A stretch of 63,992 nucleotides of DNA, filler included, from Gemmatimonadota bacterium (GTDB lineage: Bacteria; 4572-55; J002): the NCBI GenBank assembly GCA_003697105.1. It is 6 parts of 6 records of this genome, joined end to end, with 100 filler letters (N's around TTAATTAATTAA, not from the genome) between each part and the next. Parts side by side here need not be neighbours in the genome. Positions count along the whole stretch, not along the records: positions 1 to 14,447 come from RFFQ01000021.1; positions 14,548 to 21,768 come from RFFQ01000004.1; 4 more parts are not named here. One strand, written 5' to 3'. This document shows, in pieces, positions 10,284 to 19,931 of the stretch. How positions within the stretch are numbered: the stretch's first letter is position 1; each line of letters opens with the position of its first letter. A program made the translations under genes and the position numbers. The notes under the pieces are model-generated. The model made no database searches. It saw nothing but the letters and a program-made list of their open reading frames with translations, and had not been told where the DNA came from.

Positions 10284-12386
10284 TTGACATTTTCGCTAGC
10301 GGTAGTTCGACAAAAAATGTACTGCCTTTATTTTTGCCTTCACTTTCTGCCCAAACCTTGCCGTTCATGGCTTCAACCAGTTTTTTTACAATGGATAAGC
10401 CCAAGCCGGTGGAATGTTCCCCGCCGGTGGGTTTGGCACTCAATCGTGTGAATTTTTGGAACAGATTCGCTTTATCGGTTTCCGTTAAGCCTAAACCTTG
10501 GTCGGAAATGCTTACGATGACTCTCTTTTCTGTTTGGGAAAGCCGTAGGGTGATGGCGGTATCATTCGATGAATATTTAATCGCGTTAGAGATAATATTA
10601 TCCAGAATACGTTCCAGCGCATTTTCATCAGCATAAACTGGAAACGCCTGTTGAGGGAAATCAAAATTAAATGTGAGGCACGTTGGCGATAATTTTCCAC
10701 CACTTGGAATAGCGGGTATAAAATATCGATTTCTTTTGATAATAAATCCAGATGACCTTCTTCAATACGGGTTATATCGAGGAGTTGCACAATCATTTCC
10801 ATAATACGCAGGCTACTATCATGGATGATGTGGATTGTTTTTTTTGCTTCCTCAGGTGTTACGTTTGTTCCTAATAGCAGGTCGGCATAACCAATAATGC
10901 CGGTTAGGGGATTTTTTAGATCGTGCGAGACAATACTCATTAGTTCTGTTTTTTCTTTAATGCGTTCTTCTAATTCCTGATTTAACCGGTAGAGGGTTTC
11001 TTCCACTTCTTTACGGGCAGTGATGTCCTCTTGAATGGCTAAAAAACGGGTGATGTGGTTGGTATGGGGATCGATTACCGGGTTAATCTTTAGCCTTTCC
11101 CAGTACAACGTGTTATCTTTGCGCTTGTTGAGGATTTCCCCTTCCCAAATATTTCCGCTACAAATGGTTGACCACATTTCTTGATAAACAGCGGGTTCCG
11201 TTTTCCCCGATTTGAGGATTCGCGGGTTTTTTCCCAATACCTCGGATTGCGAATATCCCGTAATGCGTGTAAATGCGGGATTGATAAACTCGATATTGCC
11301 TTCCAAGTCCGTAATGGTGATGGCGTAGGGGCTTTGTTCCACCGCGCGGTGTAATTTCCGCAGTTCCGCTTCAATTTTCTTCCGTTCATTGATTTCGTTT
11401 TGCAGTTTTATATTATGCTGGTGCTCCAACTCGGCTTCTTTTTGGGTCTGTGCTATCTCGAATTGTAGTTGCGTTTGAGCAATATAGTGCATTTTTTCTT
11501 CTGTAAAAAGGGTGGTATGCAGGTCGTGGTACTCTTTGTATGTTGCTAATGCCGCTTTGAAGTCACCATTTTTCTCATAATGTTCAGATAATTGCCGTAA
11601 TACCACAAGCAGATTGTCTTTATAGCCATTTTGGCGGCTGATAGATATACTTTTGTTAAAATAGTAAATCGCCTTTTTGTTCTGATTTAGTTCCGAGTAA
11701 GACGTACCAATATTGCCACAAATCGCCGCATATTCTTTCAGGTAATTTCCATTTTTGAACAAGGTTTCCGCGTGGTGTTGGTACGTTAAGGCAGATTTAA
11801 ATTCATTTTTATGGGTATATATTTCTGCTAAATTCATGGAGATTACGGCGGTTGTGTACGGATTTTCGGTGGGTTGGTAATGTGCCAATGCGGCATGGTA
11901 GGATTGAATCGCCATCTCGGTGTTGTTCAAATAAAAATAGGTTCTGCCTAAGTTGACATAGGAGGTCACGATATCCGGGTGAGCTTCTAATTCTTCATTA
12001 AGTTCTAGCGCCTGTTGGTGATAATGTAGCGACGTCTTGTAATCCTGAATGCTCGCGTACACCAATCCAATATTATTATAGCACCGGGCGATGTACTGTT
12101 TATCCCCTAACTTTTGGTATTGTTCCAAGGACCGGTAATGATAGTGCAGTGCATTGTCATACTTTCCCATACCTTCATAATAGACCCCTTTTATTAGATA
12201 ACTTCGAGCCAAGCCGCGTTGGTCATTCAGGGTGGTTGCCCATCGGATTGCTTCCTCAACATAGCGTTTCATTTCAGACATATTTTTGTGGTAAACGGCG
12301 ATGCTTAATTCATTATACAGATGGACTTTTTCGGCAGGTTTGGCTTGAACAAGCAAGGCATGAAGTTCTTGGACGGTTTGTGGCAT
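10273..12386 (-). pseudogene. TPR-PAS histidine kinase, frameshifted before the HATPase domain (or an assembly error)
   Basis: The frame changes near 10676 after ...YRQRA. The other frame continues LTFNFDFPQQAFPVYADENALERILDNIISNAIKY...STGLGL...GSTFFVELPLAKMSNGI* with the stop at 10273-10275. Confidence 0.85.
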
Positions 12387-12433
12387 GGTGTTAGATGCCT
12401 CCGAGGAAATTTTGAGTGAAGGAAGTGTCTTTT

Positions 12434-14287
12434 TTATGTGGCAAGGGGTAATTCCACGATAAACGTACTGCCTTTATTTTTGCCTTCGCTTTCTGCCCAA
12501 ACTTTGCCGTTCATGGCTTCAACGAGTTTTTTTACAATGGATAAGCCCAAGCCGGTGGAGTGCTCCCCAGCAGTGGGTTTGGCACTCAGTTTTTGGAATT
12601 TCCGGAACAGTTTGCTGAGGTCGTCTTTCGTTAACCCTTGCCCTTGGTCTTGAATTTGGATTCGACAGTGTGCTTCTTCTCCGACTGTCTGAATTGTCAC
12701 GGTCGTACCGGGATACGAATACTTCAGGGCATTGGATACCAGATTATCGATCACCTCACTGAGGAGATTGGAATCTGCTTGAAGGTATATTGGGGCAACC
12801 GTCGGGGTATATTTGAGTTCAATTCCTTTATTGATCGCAATGCTGTGATATTGGGCGATTTTCTTTTTCAGGAATGAATCCAAATTGATCTTGGATGGCG
12901 AAATCGTAATGGTCCCCATTTCAATGGCGTCGGTGTTGAGCAAGTTATCAATAATCGTGATCATTTGCTGGGCGGCTTCAATAATGGTTTGGGTTTTTTG
13001 CTGAATATGTTTCCGATTCGGTGGCTCCTCTTGCACCAGGTGGTGGATCAGGTCTGCATCCAAAAGGATTGTAGTCAATGGGTTTCGTAAGTCGTGGGCA
13101 ACAATATTTAAAACTTCTGTTTTTTCAGAATCTTTTTTGACCAGTAGCCGGTTCAGCGTGTTAATTTGATTGATGGTTTCAGCTAATTTGACATTTTTTA
13201 ATTTGTAAATTTCAAGCTCATGCTCTTTCAATTCGGTTTCGTATTTTACCCGGATTTCCGCGATCTGCTGGGTACGTTCTTGGGTCGAGATTTCACGTTC
13301 CTGCATCCGAAGTTGGTTCAGGAAATGGTATGCCTGTTTATAGTCCCCCTTAGCGTGATAGATAGCTTGTAATGTGTAATACACTTTGGCAAGGGGTTCG
13401 ATACTCTCAATGGTTTGTGTATTTTCAAGAGCGCGTTGTCCCCAATTTTCCGCCGTTTCGATATCTCCCTTTTCAAGGTAGATTGTCGCCAAAAGCGTAT
13501 TGGCTAGGGTCAGAGCATTTTGCAAGCCTGCTTCTTCATAAAAACTGGCGGCTTGGTGCGCATAGGTTAATGCCGTGTCAAAGTCTCTTTTTTTCATCAA
13601 GATGAAGCCAAATGCCGCTTGGGTGTCTGCTATTCCGCGTGGATTTTGCACCTCTTGTTGGTACCGGAACGCCTGCTGGTGATACTCTAACGCCGCATCC
13701 CAATTCTCCAAAGTGATATGGGCTTTCCCGATGTTACTTAATGCCATGGCAATCTGGTGTGGGTTATCCAAAATATTATATTTTTCAAGCGCCTGATGGA
13801 AATGATCGATTGCCTGTTGCGGATCGTGTTGTATTAAATACAACGTCCCGATATTGAGAGCTACATCAGCGATGCATTTCTGGTCTTGAAGGGTTTCATA
13901 AATGCGGAGGGCTTTATGAAGATAATCTAGTGCACGACCCCAATACAACTGTTTTTTAAAGATCAGTCCCAGATTATTGTAAGATTTTGCCATCCCCATT
14001 TGATCCTCAATGGCTTGGTAGATGTGCAGCGCCTGAAAGGCATATTCTTTAGCGGCGGAATATTGCCCCTGAATACCACTGTAGATGGCTAAATTATTGT
14101 AACTTCGTCCTAACCCTTTCTGATAGTTCAGTTGGCGGGCTAGGGTTTGGGCTTCCAGGCAATAAGACTTCATTTGGGCTAAATCGACATTCGCATAGGC
14201 AAACGCCAACTCATTGAGAATATCAACGCGGTCTGTTTGGGATGCGGTTTTCAGGGCATCTAACAATAATTTAATGGATTCTGTCAT
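12434..14287 (-). CDS. Cytoplasmic TPR-repeat sensor histidine kinase
   Basis: TPR repeats, VAHDLRNPL, NLVSNALKY, STGLGL. Start placed at ATG 14287 (MTESIK) by analogy with the paralog N-termini. Confidence 0.88.
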   Translation of the reverse strand: MTESIKLLLDALKTASQTDRVDILNELAFAYANVDLAQMKSYCLEAQTLARQLNYQKGLGRSYNNLAIYSGIQGQYSAAKEYAFQALHIYQAIEDQMGMAKSYNNLGLIFKKQLYWGRALDYLHKALRIYETLQDQKCIADVALNIGTLYLIQHDPQQAIDHFHQALEKYNILDNPHQIAMALSNIGKAHITLENWDAALEYHQQAFRYQQEVQNPRGIADTQAAFGFILMKKRDFDTALTYAHQAASFYEEAGLQNALTLANTLLATIYLEKGDIETAENWGQRALENTQTIESIEPLAKVYYTLQAIYHAKGDYKQAYHFLNQLRMQEREISTQERTQQIAEIRVKYETELKEHELEIYKLKNVKLAETINQINTLNRLLVKKDSEKTEVLNIVAHDLRNPLTTILLDADLIHHLVQEEPPNRKHIQQKTQTIIEAAQQMITIIDNLLNTDAIEMGTITISPSKINLDSFLKKKIAQYHSIAINKGIELKYTPTVAPIYLQADSNLLSEVIDNLVSNALKYSYPGTTVTIQTVGEEAHCRIQIQDQGQGLTKDDLSKLFRKFQKLSAKPTAGEHSTGLGLSIVKKLVEAMNGKVWAESEGKNKGSTFIVELPLAT

Positions 14288-14341
14288 TATCGGTTCCTGT
14301 GGGGATTGCCTTAAACTCGACGATAAAGGTACTCCCTGTTC
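14271..14341 (-). pseudogene. 3' remnant of an additional histidine kinase truncated by the IS-like element
   Basis: Reads RTGSTFIVEFKAIPTGTDNDRIH*. The GSTFIVE motif ends the neighbouring kinases, and the stop overlaps the next start as elsewhere in the array. Confidence 0.55.
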
Positions 14342-14447
14342 TATCACTTGACCTGTGAGAATTTTAGACCGTCACAAGTGCCAGATGCCTTTTTCTAAAG
14401 TCTTGATCGACAATTGGTGGTGGTTCTTTGCTTTTTCCTTCTAGCCC
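14342..14447 (-). mobile_element. Right end of a putative insertion sequence (IR 14342-14365) running into the contig break
   Basis: TATCACTTGACCTGTGAGAATTTT is an inverted copy of 115-138. A minus-strand frame (…RHLALVTV*) stops at the IR edge, and the contig ends 82 nt further on. Confidence 0.55.
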
Positions 14448-14547
14448 NNNNNNNNNNNNNNNNNNNNNNNNNNNNNNNNNNNNNNNNNNNNTTAATTAAT
14501 TAANNNNNNNNNNNNNNNNNNNNNNNNNNNNNNNNNNNNNNNNNNNN
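14448..14547. other. Artificial contig linker
   Basis: 44 N + TTAATTAATTAA (stops in all six frames) + 44 N. Confidence 0.98.
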
Positions 14548-14557
14548 AATTCTAACG

Positions 14558-15049
14558 TCATTGCGGCCGTACCATTCGGACGGGAATAAAATAGCGGATA
14601 CCTATGCCGGCATTCAGTTGCAATGTGGTGCGCGGCGCGAGGTCGAAGATCGGGGCAAATTCCGCAAAAAGGTCAATTTTCGGGTGGTCAAACAGGTATT
14701 GAATACCCACCGGGAAGCGGATCCCCAACTGCCCATCGCCTTCTGTTTTAAGACGCAAACCGGCGCCATAGTAGGCATAGAGCGGTTCATTTTTGACTTG
14801 CAACAAGCCGGGATCATAATAGAGGTAATCCACATGAAGGTGTAAGGCGGATTTTCCACTGAATGACCACGCCGCCCCGGCATCGAGTGCGGTTTGGGCA
14901 CTTGCCCAGGTATGAAAACTCATGCCGGTTGGTTCTCCCAGCATAAAGCCGGCACTAAAACCGGTTTCTTGTCCGCTCACAGGGGATACCGTCAGGAATC
15001 CAATCCATCCGATGACCCACAGCCATGATAACGTTGATTTACAGTTCAT
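14558..15049 (-). CDS. Small outer-membrane beta-barrel-like protein (DUF3996-like)
   Basis: Signal peptide, [11 protein letters not shown] motif, alternating aromatic/hydrophobic strands, GIRYF near the C-terminus. Confidence 0.65.
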   Translation of the reverse strand: MNCKSTLSWLWVIGWIGFLTVSPVSGQETGFSAGFMLGEPTGMSFHTWASAQTALDAGAAWSFSGKSALHLHVDYLYYDPGLLQVKNEPLYAYYGAGLRLKTEGDGQLGIRFPVGIQYLFDHPKIDLFAEFAPIFDLAPRTTLQLNAGIGIRYFIPVRMVRPQ

Positions 15050-16199
15050 CGCCTAAACAAATTCCGAGTCGTTGGGCAGTTTTTACCCATGAATGATCCA
15101 AAGGTACCAGTTTTTTGCGTCCGGCGACCTCTTCCAATGGGACGGGAACGCATTCATTGTTTTTGATCGCAACCATCACCCCATACTGTTCCCGGGAAAT
15201 CAGTTCGGAACAGACGGTGCCCAACCGGGTGGCAAGCAACCGGTCGGCGGCGGAGGGGGTCCCTCCCCGTTGTAAATGCCCCAAGGAAGTCACCCGGGCT
15301 TCCAATCGTGTGATCTCCTGAAGTTGGCGTGCCAGACGCACACACACTTCTTCTTTTACTTCCGGTAAATAGACTTTTGGTGGCGGGGATTTCTCCTCTG
15401 GGGGGGTTGGAGTTTCCGTTGGCGGGTTTTCCGCCGCTTCCAATTTGCGTTTGCGTTTGCGTTCTTTTTCGAGAGCCAACTGGGCGGCTTCTTCTTTGGT
15501 CAGTGCCCCTTCGGCAACGGCAATAATGCTAAATCGTTTTCCGCGCCGGCTTCGTTCCAGCAGTGCTTCGGTTACGACATCAATATCATAGGGAATCTCT
15601 GGAATTAAAATGACATCTGCCCCGCCAGCCATCCCGGCACCCAGCGTGAGCCATCCCGCATTATGCCCCATTATTTCGACAATAATAATCCGGTGATGAC
15701 TTTCGGCGGTGCTATGGAGCCGGTCAATGGCTTCAGTAGCGATAGACATCGCGGTATCAAACCCGAACGTAATATCTGTATTCCACACATCGTTATCAAT
15801 CGTTTTGGGGAGGGTGATGATATTCAATCCTTTTTTGTGGAGGCGAAACGCATTTTTCTGGGTTCCGCCACCCCCCAAACAGACCAGTACATCCAGATGC
15901 TGTTTGTGATAGTTTTCGACCGCCACGTCGGTCATATCCATTAATTTTCTGCCGACCGGCATTTTGTGGGGTTTGTCCCGGCTGGTGCCTAATAATGTCC
16001 CTCCGAGGGTCAAAATTCCAGAGAGTGTACCCCGTTCCAGACGGATAAACCGGTTTTCTACCAAACCCCGAAAGCCATCTTTAAAACCGATAACTTCCCG
16101 ATTATACGTTTTGATGGATGATTTACCAACCGCTCGAATCGCGGCATTAAGCCCGGGACAGTCCCCACCGGAGGTCAAGATACCGATACATTTATTCAT
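15039..16199 (-). CDS. pfkA: 6-phosphofructokinase (PfkA family, probably ATP-dependent)
   Basis: [31 protein letters not shown] and LGHLQRGG motifs. Confidence 0.93.
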   Translation of the reverse strand: MNKCIGILTSGGDCPGLNAAIRAVGKSSIKTYNREVIGFKDGFRGLVENRFIRLERGTLSGILTLGGTLLGTSRDKPHKMPVGRKLMDMTDVAVENYHKQHLDVLVCLGGGGTQKNAFRLHKKGLNIITLPKTIDNDVWNTDITFGFDTAMSIATEAIDRLHSTAESHHRIIIVEIMGHNAGWLTLGAGMAGGADVILIPEIPYDIDVVTEALLERSRRGKRFSIIAVAEGALTKEEAAQLALEKERKRKRKLEAAENPPTETPTPPEEKSPPPKVYLPEVKEEVCVRLARQLQEITRLEARVTSLGHLQRGGTPSAADRLLATRLGTVCSELISREQYGVMVAIKNNECVPVPLEEVAGRKKLVPLDHSWVKTAQRLGICLGDEL

Positions 16200-16401
16200 C
16201 TGGCTACTCCCTGTGTTAAGCGTAATAACATCCTAACGGATTCCAAATGTCTGCCAAAGCTGTTGCGGGTCGATTGAAACTCGTTTCTTAGCCGTTTGCC
16301 ACCTAACGCCGGCTCTATCAAGCGGTGCCAACCGAAGCCGTTCCGCGCATAATGACAATTCTCTTTCAGGGGTGTGAAAACCGGCATCCGAAAACGTACG
16401 A

Positions 16402-16430
16402 AGTCTACACCAGCGAACGAATGATGTCAA
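16402..16430 (-). promoter_or_regulatory. Sigma70-type promoter for pfkA
   Basis: TTGACA-N17-TAGACT on the minus strand, about 200 nt upstream of the start codon. Confidence 0.55.
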
Positions 16431-16532
16431 CCATTTTGTTCACACTCGTTTTCGGACTTGACAAATCGATTCAAATCACGTTGTTTGCAATTGTAACTTG
16501 TTTTTTTCATGTTAACCAGAGGAGATCGACTC

Positions 16533-16847
16533 ATGGCAGAATCCTATTCCGAAGCGCATCTGAAAATTTTGCAGATGATCGAAGATGGAAAAATCAGTGC
16601 TGAAGAGGGTGTAAAATTGTTGGAGGCTCTGAAACCTCCGGAAAGTTCCGGCAGAGGCGGTGGCAAACAGCGACGAGAGGTCGCCTTCGATTTTGATTTT
16701 CCGTTTGATACCGGTTTCTGGGAAAAAATCGGCAAGAAAATCGAGAAAGAAGTCTCCCGGGCGGAAAAACAGTTTAAGGAGAAAATGCGCGAGTTTGAGG
16801 AACGCTACCGCGATGAATATCGCGATAAAGCAGATGACGACGCCTAA
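16533..16847 (+). CDS. Small SHOCT-like-domain protein (YvlB/LiaX N-terminal type)
   Basis: ILQMIEDGKISAEEGVKLLEAL motif; GAGGAG RBS before ATG 16533. Confidence 0.7.
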   Translation: MAESYSEAHLKILQMIEDGKISAEEGVKLLEALKPPESSGRGGGKQRREVAFDFDFPFDTGFWEKIGKKIEKEVSRAEKQFKEKMREFEERYRDEYRDKADDDA

Positions 16848-16852
16848 CATCG

Positions 16853-16909
16853 AAAAGACCTCCCCACCGAACTTCATTTTACAAGGTAGCCGGTGGGGAG
16901 GTCTTTTTT
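16853..16909. terminator. Bidirectional intrinsic terminator
   Basis: 17-bp perfect inverted repeat AAAAGACCTCCCCACCG/CGGTGGGGAGGTCTTTT between convergent genes. Confidence 0.8.
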
Positions 16910-16928
16910 AGATGGGAAGGGTCTGCTG

Positions 16929-17555
16929 TTAACTCGCTAAATCATCTTCCAGAGAGCGTTCACCCATGACGAGCATCAACCGGCGGGATAACCGGCTGGG
17001 GTTTTGATCCTGCTCGTAATCTTCGATAATTTGGTTCAACTGGAGCAACCGCTCCTGCTCTTTCTGTTTCACGCGGCGGCGCACCTGCCACAGTACAAAG
17101 GCGAGTCCGGTGGCGTCACCCCCAATATCCACCAGCGCATTATCGACACCCCCCAACAGCGGGATAAAATTGGGCAGAAAATCAATGGGTAGGGCATCAT
17201 AAATGGCGGAAACACCGGTAATCAGCGCATAGATAAACAGCACCCGGAACCAAAAGTACGAGAAGAAATGAGTCACTATCGCTAAAGTGCCACATCCTAA
17301 CGTGAGCCAAAAAAATCGGGCAACGTGTTGCTGTTTAATGGCGTGTGCCAGTTGATCCGGTGAGGTTGAGCCGAAGAGAAAATCCTGTGCTTTTTGCCAA
17401 AGCCCTTTATTTTCAATCTTCTGGAGTGCTTGGTCGTAGTACGTTGAGGCAGGTATCGCGGCTTCAACCACCATCCAAATAAAAAACACCACTGTCAGGA
17501 AGATAAAGAGATTCCGAACCGGGTGTTTGAGGGCGTAATCTAAGTACAGATTCAT
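16929..17555 (-). CDS. Membrane protein with a DUF1232/YkvA-like motif
   Basis: Several hydrophobic segments and LPIDFLPNFIPLLGGVDN. Confidence 0.65.
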   Translation of the reverse strand: MNLYLDYALKHPVRNLFIFLTVVFFIWMVVEAAIPASTYYDQALQKIENKGLWQKAQDFLFGSTSPDQLAHAIKQQHVARFFWLTLGCGTLAIVTHFFSYFWFRVLFIYALITGVSAIYDALPIDFLPNFIPLLGGVDNALVDIGGDATGLAFVLWQVRRRVKQKEQERLLQLNQIIEDYEQDQNPSRLSRRLMLVMGERSLEDDLAS

Positions 17556-18433
17556 GGAGTCACCTTGATAATCCGGCGTAAAGCTTCAAATTGGTATGAT
17601 TTGAGCACGGTTTCCAGCGGTTCGGTTACGACGTTTTTGCGGTTGAGAGAGGCGTGCATCACCTCATCTTCACTGAAAAAAAGTGCGACGTGATGGTATT
17701 CCCCCATTAAAAAGAGGAGGTCGCCCGCTTGGGCATGTTCCAATGGAACGGACACCCCACAGCGCCGCTGATCCCATGAATTTTTAGGCAAGATAATCTC
17801 CCACGCTTCCCGAAAGGCACGTTGTACAAATCCCGAACAATCGATTCCAGCAAAAGAGGCACCGCCCCACAGGTATTTTACGCCTAAAAATTGAGATGCG
17901 GCTTGTTTCAACTTACAGATTTGGTCCCTCTTGACCGGAACGAGTCGATCCGGTTTTGCTCGAATCACTGCCTCCCACACCGGATGGAAATCATCACCCA
18001 ACACACGGTTGACCGGTGTTGATTTGATCCAACCCAATGTTCGATCCAGAAGTTGCACCAGCAACCAACCTTCCGCTTCCGCTAAAATACGGATCGGGTC
18101 TGTGGGATAGACAATTTGGGTGTTCAAATCCCGTTTGGAGCGGCTTGGTGGGAAATAGCGAAACACCGGTAGCGCCGGTACTGTGGAGAATCCCCAACCG
18201 ATTTCCGTCCGGTCTGCCGGGTTCGCCGCCACCCGCAGTTGGTCCTCAACCGGTAATGTGATTTTGGATTCAAGTGCCTGAAATAACTGCCTTTTTTGGC
18301 TTTCCAGTAAAACCGTCCCCCTCAATTGAAGTCGATCCGGGTGCAGAAAGGGAGTCACCTCGAAAATCGTGTAGCCGTAAGTGGTGATAATATCTGTCCG
18401 GAGCTGGTTAATCATCGCTTGAATTGTTTCCAT
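17552..18433 (-). CDS. NlpC/P60 (C40) cell-wall peptidase with an SH3-like region
   Basis: YLWGG..GIDCSGF catalytic Cys and HHVALF His; start codon uncertain (18433 or nearby). Confidence 0.85.
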   Translation of the reverse strand: METIQAMINQLRTDIITTYGYTIFEVTPFLHPDRLQLRGTVLLESQKRQLFQALESKITLPVEDQLRVAANPADRTEIGWGFSTVPALPVFRYFPPSRSKRDLNTQIVYPTDPIRILAEAEGWLLVQLLDRTLGWIKSTPVNRVLGDDFHPVWEAVIRAKPDRLVPVKRDQICKLKQAASQFLGVKYLWGGASFAGIDCSGFVQRAFREAWEIILPKNSWDQRRCGVSVPLEHAQAGDLLFLMGEYHHVALFFSEDEVMHASLNRKNVVTEPLETVLKSYQFEALRRIIKVTP

Positions 18434-18482
18434 AAAGCTAATATAATCAGAATTTAGGCAATTCACAAGTGCTACAATTTCC

Positions 18483-18511
18483 TTGACATTTAGTAGGCTT
18501 TTGCCTATGGT
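18483..18511 (+). promoter_or_regulatory. Sigma70-type promoter for the ferredoxin-GGR operon
   Basis: TTGACA-N17-TATGGT. Confidence 0.5.
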
Positions 18512-18560
18512 TGTGGCTTACAATTTGTTAGTTGGTCGCTTGTATGGAGGAAACGTTCGG

Positions 18561-18758
18561 TTGCGTTACGAGAATAAAATTATTAAGGTCGATGAAAATC
18601 TATGCGATATTTGCGGGGTGTGTGTCAGTGTTTGTCCGGTGGATTGTATTGATATGCCGGAGCGGGCGTTGATCGTCCATAATGACACCTGCATCCAATG
18701 TAATAAATGTATTGATATTTGTCCGGTGAGAGCATTGCGCTATGACGAAAAAATATGA
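18561..18758 (+). CDS. 2x[4Fe-4S] ferredoxin
   Basis: [12 protein letters not shown] and [20 protein letters not shown] before TTG 18561; overlaps the next gene. Confidence 0.9.
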   Translation: MRYENKIIKVDENLCDICGVCVSVCPVDCIDMPERALIVHNDTCIQCNKCIDICPVRALRYDEKI

Positions 18759-19926
18759 TGTGATTGTGGTGGGTGCCGGTCCCGGCGGTAGCATTGCGGC
18801 CTATGAAGCGGCAAAAGAGGGCTTGAAAACCCTGTTGATCGAAAAAGATCGGGAGATTGGCATTCCGGTACGGTGTACGGAGGGTACCGGTCATGCGGGT
18901 ATCGCCGAATTTTTAGAACCAAACCCCAAATGGATCGCCGCCGTGGTTGATGGGGCACGTTTTTTTGCCCCGGATGGGACCACCGTGGATGTCACCACGA
19001 TGGGCGGGGGCTATATTCTGGAACGTCGTATTTTTGATCGTGAGCTTGCCAACCGTGCCGCTAAAGCCGGGGCCGAAATCCGGGTACGTACCGAAGTAAC
19101 CGGCTTGGTGTTTGATGCCGCCGGACGAGTCTGCGGGGTTAAAACGTACTTCATGAACCATCAAGAAGATATTCACGCCAACATCGTCATTGCGGCAGAT
19201 GGGGTGGAATCTCGTGTGGGGCGCTGGGCGGGCTTGAAGACGGTCTCCAGTATGCACAATATGGAAAGTAACTGCCAGTATCACATGGCAAATGTTACCA
19301 CCGAAAACAATTACTGTGAGTTTCATTTTGGCGAGGAGGTGGCACCGGGGGGTTATGCTTGGGTCTTCCCCAAAATGGATGGCACGGCAAATGTTGGTCT
19401 GGGGATTTCCGGTGATTATGCCCGCAAACGTCCGGCAATTGAGTACTTAAATGCGTTTATCCGGCGGCGCTGTCCCAACGCCCAACCCCTGGGATTCACC
19501 ATTGGCGGTGTACCGGTTTCGACGACACTTAAAGCCATTTCGACCGATCATGTGATGCTGGTGGGGGATGCGGCTCGCACGGTCAACCCGATGACGGGTG
19601 CCGGGATTGTCAATGCGATGAAAAGCGGGCGTGAAGCTGGTCAGGTCGCTGTTGAAGCGCACCAACGCGGTGATTTTTCGGCAAAAATCCTGAAACGATA
19701 TGACAAACGCTGGGAAAATCTGATCGGAAAAGTCCATAAACGATACTATCGCATCCGCGAGGTAGTAGATCAGTTTGATGATGACCAGTTGAACCGGATT
19801 GCCCACTTGTTGCAGGATGCCGATCCGGAAAAATTGACCTTGTTTGAAGTCTTTAAGACCGCACTATTGAAGCATCCGAAAGTTTTACTAGACTTGCGGT
19901 ATTTGCTTTCCATTGGCTATATTTAA
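18742..19926 (+). CDS. Geranylgeranyl reductase family flavoprotein (archaeal DGGGPL-reductase-like)
   Basis: [11 protein letters not shown] fold, [42 protein letters not shown]. Confidence 0.85.
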   Translation: MTKKYDVIVVGAGPGGSIAAYEAAKEGLKTLLIEKDREIGIPVRCTEGTGHAGIAEFLEPNPKWIAAVVDGARFFAPDGTTVDVTTMGGGYILERRIFDRELANRAAKAGAEIRVRTEVTGLVFDAAGRVCGVKTYFMNHQEDIHANIVIAADGVESRVGRWAGLKTVSSMHNMESNCQYHMANVTTENNYCEFHFGEEVAPGGYAWVFPKMDGTANVGLGISGDYARKRPAIEYLNAFIRRRCPNAQPLGFTIGGVPVSTTLKAISTDHVMLVGDAARTVNPMTGAGIVNAMKSGREAGQVAVEAHQRGDFSAKILKRYDKRWENLIGKVHKRYYRIREVVDQFDDDQLNRIAHLLQDADPEKLTLFEVFKTALLKHPKVLLDLRYLLSIGYI

Positions 19927-19931
19927 TCGAG

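Noticed and set aside
10334-10636. 100-aa + strand ORF and similar ORFs at 2255 and 12438
   Set aside because: Antisense shadows of the HATPase domains.
2296-12655. Repeated kinase 3' ends as template/variable regions of a diversity-generating retroelement
   Set aside because: No reverse transcriptase in the window, differences are not visibly adenine-specific, and all copies encode conserved catalytic motifs.
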